NCBI GenBank assembly: GCA_041891055.1
Contig: CP169074.1
Location: 192,001 to 256,000 of the forward strand
Direction: 5' to 3'
Length of the DNA: 64,000 nucleotides
DNA from: Halorutilales archaeon Cl-col2-1
GTDB lineage: Archaea; Halobacteriota; Halobacteria; Halobacteriales; Afararchaeaceae
The notes under the pieces were generated by a model. That model saw nothing but the letters and a program-made list of their open reading frames with translations. It was not told the DNA's origin and made no database searches. Both the position numbers and the translations under genes were made by a program. Shown piece after piece: positions 61,034 through 64,000 of this stretch (positions are counted from its first letter, which is position 1; every line of letters begins with the position of its first letter).

Positions 61034-61669
61034 TTAACGGGGAGCCACGTCTTCTTCTTCCATCCTGATGAAGGCGTCCTGTTCGTTTATCCTCCACGAG
61101 TCGACGGCTGAGATAGTCTTAGTCTTGTCGGGAACGTACTTGAACTCGGTCTTCTTAGTGTCAGGGCTCACCGAGATAAGACCGACTTCGAGGTTCTCGA
61201 ATATGTCCGACTCTTCGATGACTGAGTTGAACTCCGACTCGGGTATGGCGGCGAACCTGTACTCGGCGAACTTGTGGCACCTGTATGCGCGTCTGAAGGT
61301 CTCCTTCCAGTCGTCGGAGTAGACCTGTACAGCAGCCGAGGTCACGTGTCTTTCGAGGGATGACTTGACCTGGACGTAGCCGTTCTTCTCGAAGATAAAG
61401 CCCTTGTCTTCGAGCCATTCGAGACCCTCGACAGCCTTGTCCTTGTCGTCGAAGTCGGCGATGAAGTTACGTCTCTTGGCTCCACCCTTCTTGAGAAGCT
61501 CGAGGAATACCTCAAGACGGTGCATGCTGAGAATAGCAGTGTCTATGCCGAGCTTGACCCTCCTCTTGTCCCACGCGTCCTCGTCTATAGTGATGAAGAC
61601 TAAGTCGGCTGTCGAAGTCCCGAATGGAAATTCCTCTATGGTCTGAGATATGTCGAGTGTAGAGACCAT
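61034..61669 (-). CDS. Degenerate PD-(D/E)XK-like protein with wHTH insert
   Basis: 'EEFPFG...ADLVF', 'DWKETFRRAYRCHKFAEYRFAAIP', 'VGLISV'. Confidence 0.6.
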   Translation of the reverse strand: MVSTLDISQTIEEFPFGTSTADLVFITIDEDAWDKRRVKLGIDTAILSMHRLEVFLELLKKGGAKRRNFIADFDDKDKAVEGLEWLEDKGFIFEKNGYVQVKSSLERHVTSAAVQVYSDDWKETFRRAYRCHKFAEYRFAAIPESEFNSVIEESDIFENLEVGLISVSPDTKKTEFKYVPDKTKTISAVDSWRINEQDAFIRMEEEDVAPR

Positions 61670-61759
61670 CTTCTCCTCGACAGCCTTCTTGATCTCGGAC
61701 TTACTCTCGAAACATACCGACTACTTTAGTTCGGGATGTATTGGTCTTTTCGCTACTCG

Positions 61760-63982
61760 TTACTGGACTCCTCTCTGAACCTTGTCGTCGTCGGTCTGTA
61801 TGCTTGATACTCCCTCAGCCATCTCGTCGTACTTCCTTCTCGCCTCCTCGTCGAGCGACGGCTGTACCTCCTCGAGTGCCTCCTCGAAGTCGTCCATCGT
61901 GATCTTGACGTTACCGACCGACTTGTCTATCTCCTCGGGCGAGATTCCGCTTCCAATGAAGCTCCTCATCGCGCTCATGCTCGCCTCTTTCGCGACCGCC
62001 TCTATGTCACTACCCGTGTATCCCTCTGTCCTCGAAGCGATCTCCTCGAAGTCGACGTCGTCTGAGAGGGGCATGCCCTCAGTGTGTATCTCAAATATCT
62101 CCGCCCTAGCGTCGGTGTCGGGGACGGGAACGTGTATCTTCTTGTCGAGCCTGCCGGGACGCAGGAGCGCCTGGTCGATACGGTCGGGTCGGTTCGTCGC
62201 CGCGATAACGACTACGTTCTTGAGCTCCTCGACGCCGTCGAGCTCCGTCAGAAGCTGTGAGACGACGCGCTCCGTAACCTGGGTGTCACGCGAGCCTCCT
62301 CTCTCAGGGGCGAGCGAGTCGATCTCGTCGAAGAAGATTACCGTCGGCGCGTTCTGTCTCGCCTTCTTGAAGACCTCACGTATTCCCTTCTCCGACTCGC
62401 CGACGTACTTGTTGAGAAGCTCAGGTCCCTTGACAGAGATGAAGTTCGAGTCGCTCGCGTTCGCGACCGCCTTCGCGAGGAGTGTCTTTCCCGTACCAGG
62501 CGGTCCGTACATCAGTATGCCCTTCGGACTCTCGGCGTGTAGCTCCTCGAAGACCTCGGGGTAGTTGAGAGGCCATTCGACAGCCTCTATGAGATCCTGC
62601 TTTGCGTCTTCGAGACCTCCGACGTTGTCGTACGTGACGTCGGGAACCTCTGTGAAGACCTCCCTCATCGCGCTCGGCTCTACGTCTCTGAGAGCGTCCT
62701 CGAAGTCGTCCTCCTCGATCTCAAGCTCCTCTAAGACCTCAGGGGGTATCTCCTCGGCTTCGATGTCTATCTCCGACCTCACCTTTCTGAGAGCCGACAT
62801 AGCCGCTTCCTTCGAGAGTGCATGTATGTCCGCCCCCACGAAGCCGTGTGTCCTGTCGGCGTACTCGTCTAAGTCGACTTCCTCGGCGAGAGGCATTCCC
62901 CGGGTATGTATCTGGAGTATCTCTTTCCTTCCGTCTCTGTCGGGGACTCCGACCTCTATCTCCCTGTCGAAACGTCCTCCCCTACGGAGCGCGGGATCGA
63001 CTGCGTCGACACGGTTGGTCGCGCCGATTACTATGACGTCACCCCGGCTTTCGAGACCGTCCATCAGAGACAGAAGCTGTGCGACGACACGTCTCTCGAC
63101 CTCTCCCGAGTCCTCCCTCTTCGGTGCGAGAGAGTCGAGTTCGTCGAAGAAGATTACTGTCGGCGCGTTCTCCTCAGCCTCCTCGAATATCTCTCTGAGC
63201 TGCTCCTCCGACTCACCGTAGTACTTCGACATTATCTCAGGTCCCGATACGGTCTCGAAATGTGCATCGACCTCGTTGGCGACCGCCTTCGCTATGAGTG
63301 TCTTACCCGTTCCGGGAGGTCCGTGTAGGAGAACGCCCTTCGGGGGCTCTATACCGAGCTCCTCGAAGAGCTCGGGGTGGCGGAGGGGAAGCTCTATCAT
63401 CTCACGTACCTGCTCTAGCTCGTCCTCAAGACCGCCTATGTCCTCGTAGGTCGTGTCAGTAACGGAGCCCCTCTGTCCCTCGACCTCCTCTTCAGAGACG
63501 GGCTCCTCCGAGATCTCGATCTGTGTCTTGTCGCCGACTACGACAGCACCCGAGGGCTGTGTGTCGGTGATAGCGAACTTGATACGGTTGCCTATCATCT
63601 CGACGCGTATGTTGTCGCCCTTCGTGACGGGTCTGCCGTAGAGAACCCTCTTCATGTAGCCGGTTCCGCCACGTATCTTGATCTTCTGTGAGACTGGCGC
63701 GATACTCACCGAGTCGGCTTTCTCTGCCTCTGTCTTCTTGACGTCGACGTGATCGTCTATTCCGACTCCAGCATTCTTACGTACGCTTCCGTCGATACGT
63801 ACTATGCCTTTTCCGGTGTCCTCGGAGTATCCGGGCCAAGCCTTCGCGACTGTTGTCCTCTCGCCCTCTATCTCGACTATGTCACCTGAGACTATCCCGA
63901 GCTCCTTCATCGCTCTCTGGTCGACGTAAGCCTTTCCTTGACCTGCGTCGCTCGAACGTACTTCTCCTACAGTTAGCTTCAT
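61760..63982 (-). CDS. cdc48: Cdc48/VCP AAA+ ATPase
   Basis: N-domain plus two AAA modules ([23 protein letters not shown] / ALLRPGRLD). Confidence 0.97.
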   Translation of the reverse strand: MKLTVGEVRSSDAGQGKAYVDQRAMKELGIVSGDIVEIEGERTTVAKAWPGYSEDTGKGIVRIDGSVRKNAGVGIDDHVDVKKTEAEKADSVSIAPVSQKIKIRGGTGYMKRVLYGRPVTKGDNIRVEMIGNRIKFAITDTQPSGAVVVGDKTQIEISEEPVSEEEVEGQRGSVTDTTYEDIGGLEDELEQVREMIELPLRHPELFEELGIEPPKGVLLHGPPGTGKTLIAKAVANEVDAHFETVSGPEIMSKYYGESEEQLREIFEEAEENAPTVIFFDELDSLAPKREDSGEVERRVVAQLLSLMDGLESRGDVIVIGATNRVDAVDPALRRGGRFDREIEVGVPDRDGRKEILQIHTRGMPLAEEVDLDEYADRTHGFVGADIHALSKEAAMSALRKVRSEIDIEAEEIPPEVLEELEIEEDDFEDALRDVEPSAMREVFTEVPDVTYDNVGGLEDAKQDLIEAVEWPLNYPEVFEELHAESPKGILMYGPPGTGKTLLAKAVANASDSNFISVKGPELLNKYVGESEKGIREVFKKARQNAPTVIFFDEIDSLAPERGGSRDTQVTERVVSQLLTELDGVEELKNVVVIAATNRPDRIDQALLRPGRLDKKIHVPVPDTDARAEIFEIHTEGMPLSDDVDFEEIASRTEGYTGSDIEAVAKEASMSAMRSFIGSGISPEEIDKSVGNVKITMDDFEEALEEVQPSLDEEARRKYDEMAEGVSSIQTDDDKVQRGVQ

Positions 63983-64000
63983 CGTTACGAGAAGTAAGCG

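Overview
64 kb of a very compact chromosome from a halophilic archaeon (class Halobacteria: strongly acidic proteins, TFB, eS1, eL40, aIF5B, FEN1, Cdc48, GyrAB, PurN-PurH fusion; the exact lineage cannot be fixed from the sequence alone). Most of it is housekeeping: a System I cytochrome c maturation cluster, his/pur genes, replication, repair and translation genes, and three tRNAs (Val-TAC, Arg-TCG, iMet-CAT). Several accessory signals stand out. (1) A 1.37-kb integrase-less island sits in the 3' end of infB, bounded by an 18-bp direct repeat with tyrosine-recombinase-like core and arm sites. (2) There are two IS1341-type tnpB-only elements with a shared TCAT target, and one sits exactly in the hisA/hisB ATGA stop-start overlap without changing either protein. 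(3) Three copies of a CG-flanked 48-49 bp double-hairpin mini-element occur, one of them in-frame inside tnpB. (4) A candidate C-rich sRNA has its own promoter. (5) The PurN domain of PurNH looks catalytically degenerate, while a stand-alone formyltransferase is intact. (6) Three small genes are missing from the ORF track (ccmD, rpl40e, a 55-aa membrane protein). No CRISPR array or rRNA was seen. All family assignments are by motif recognition, not database search.
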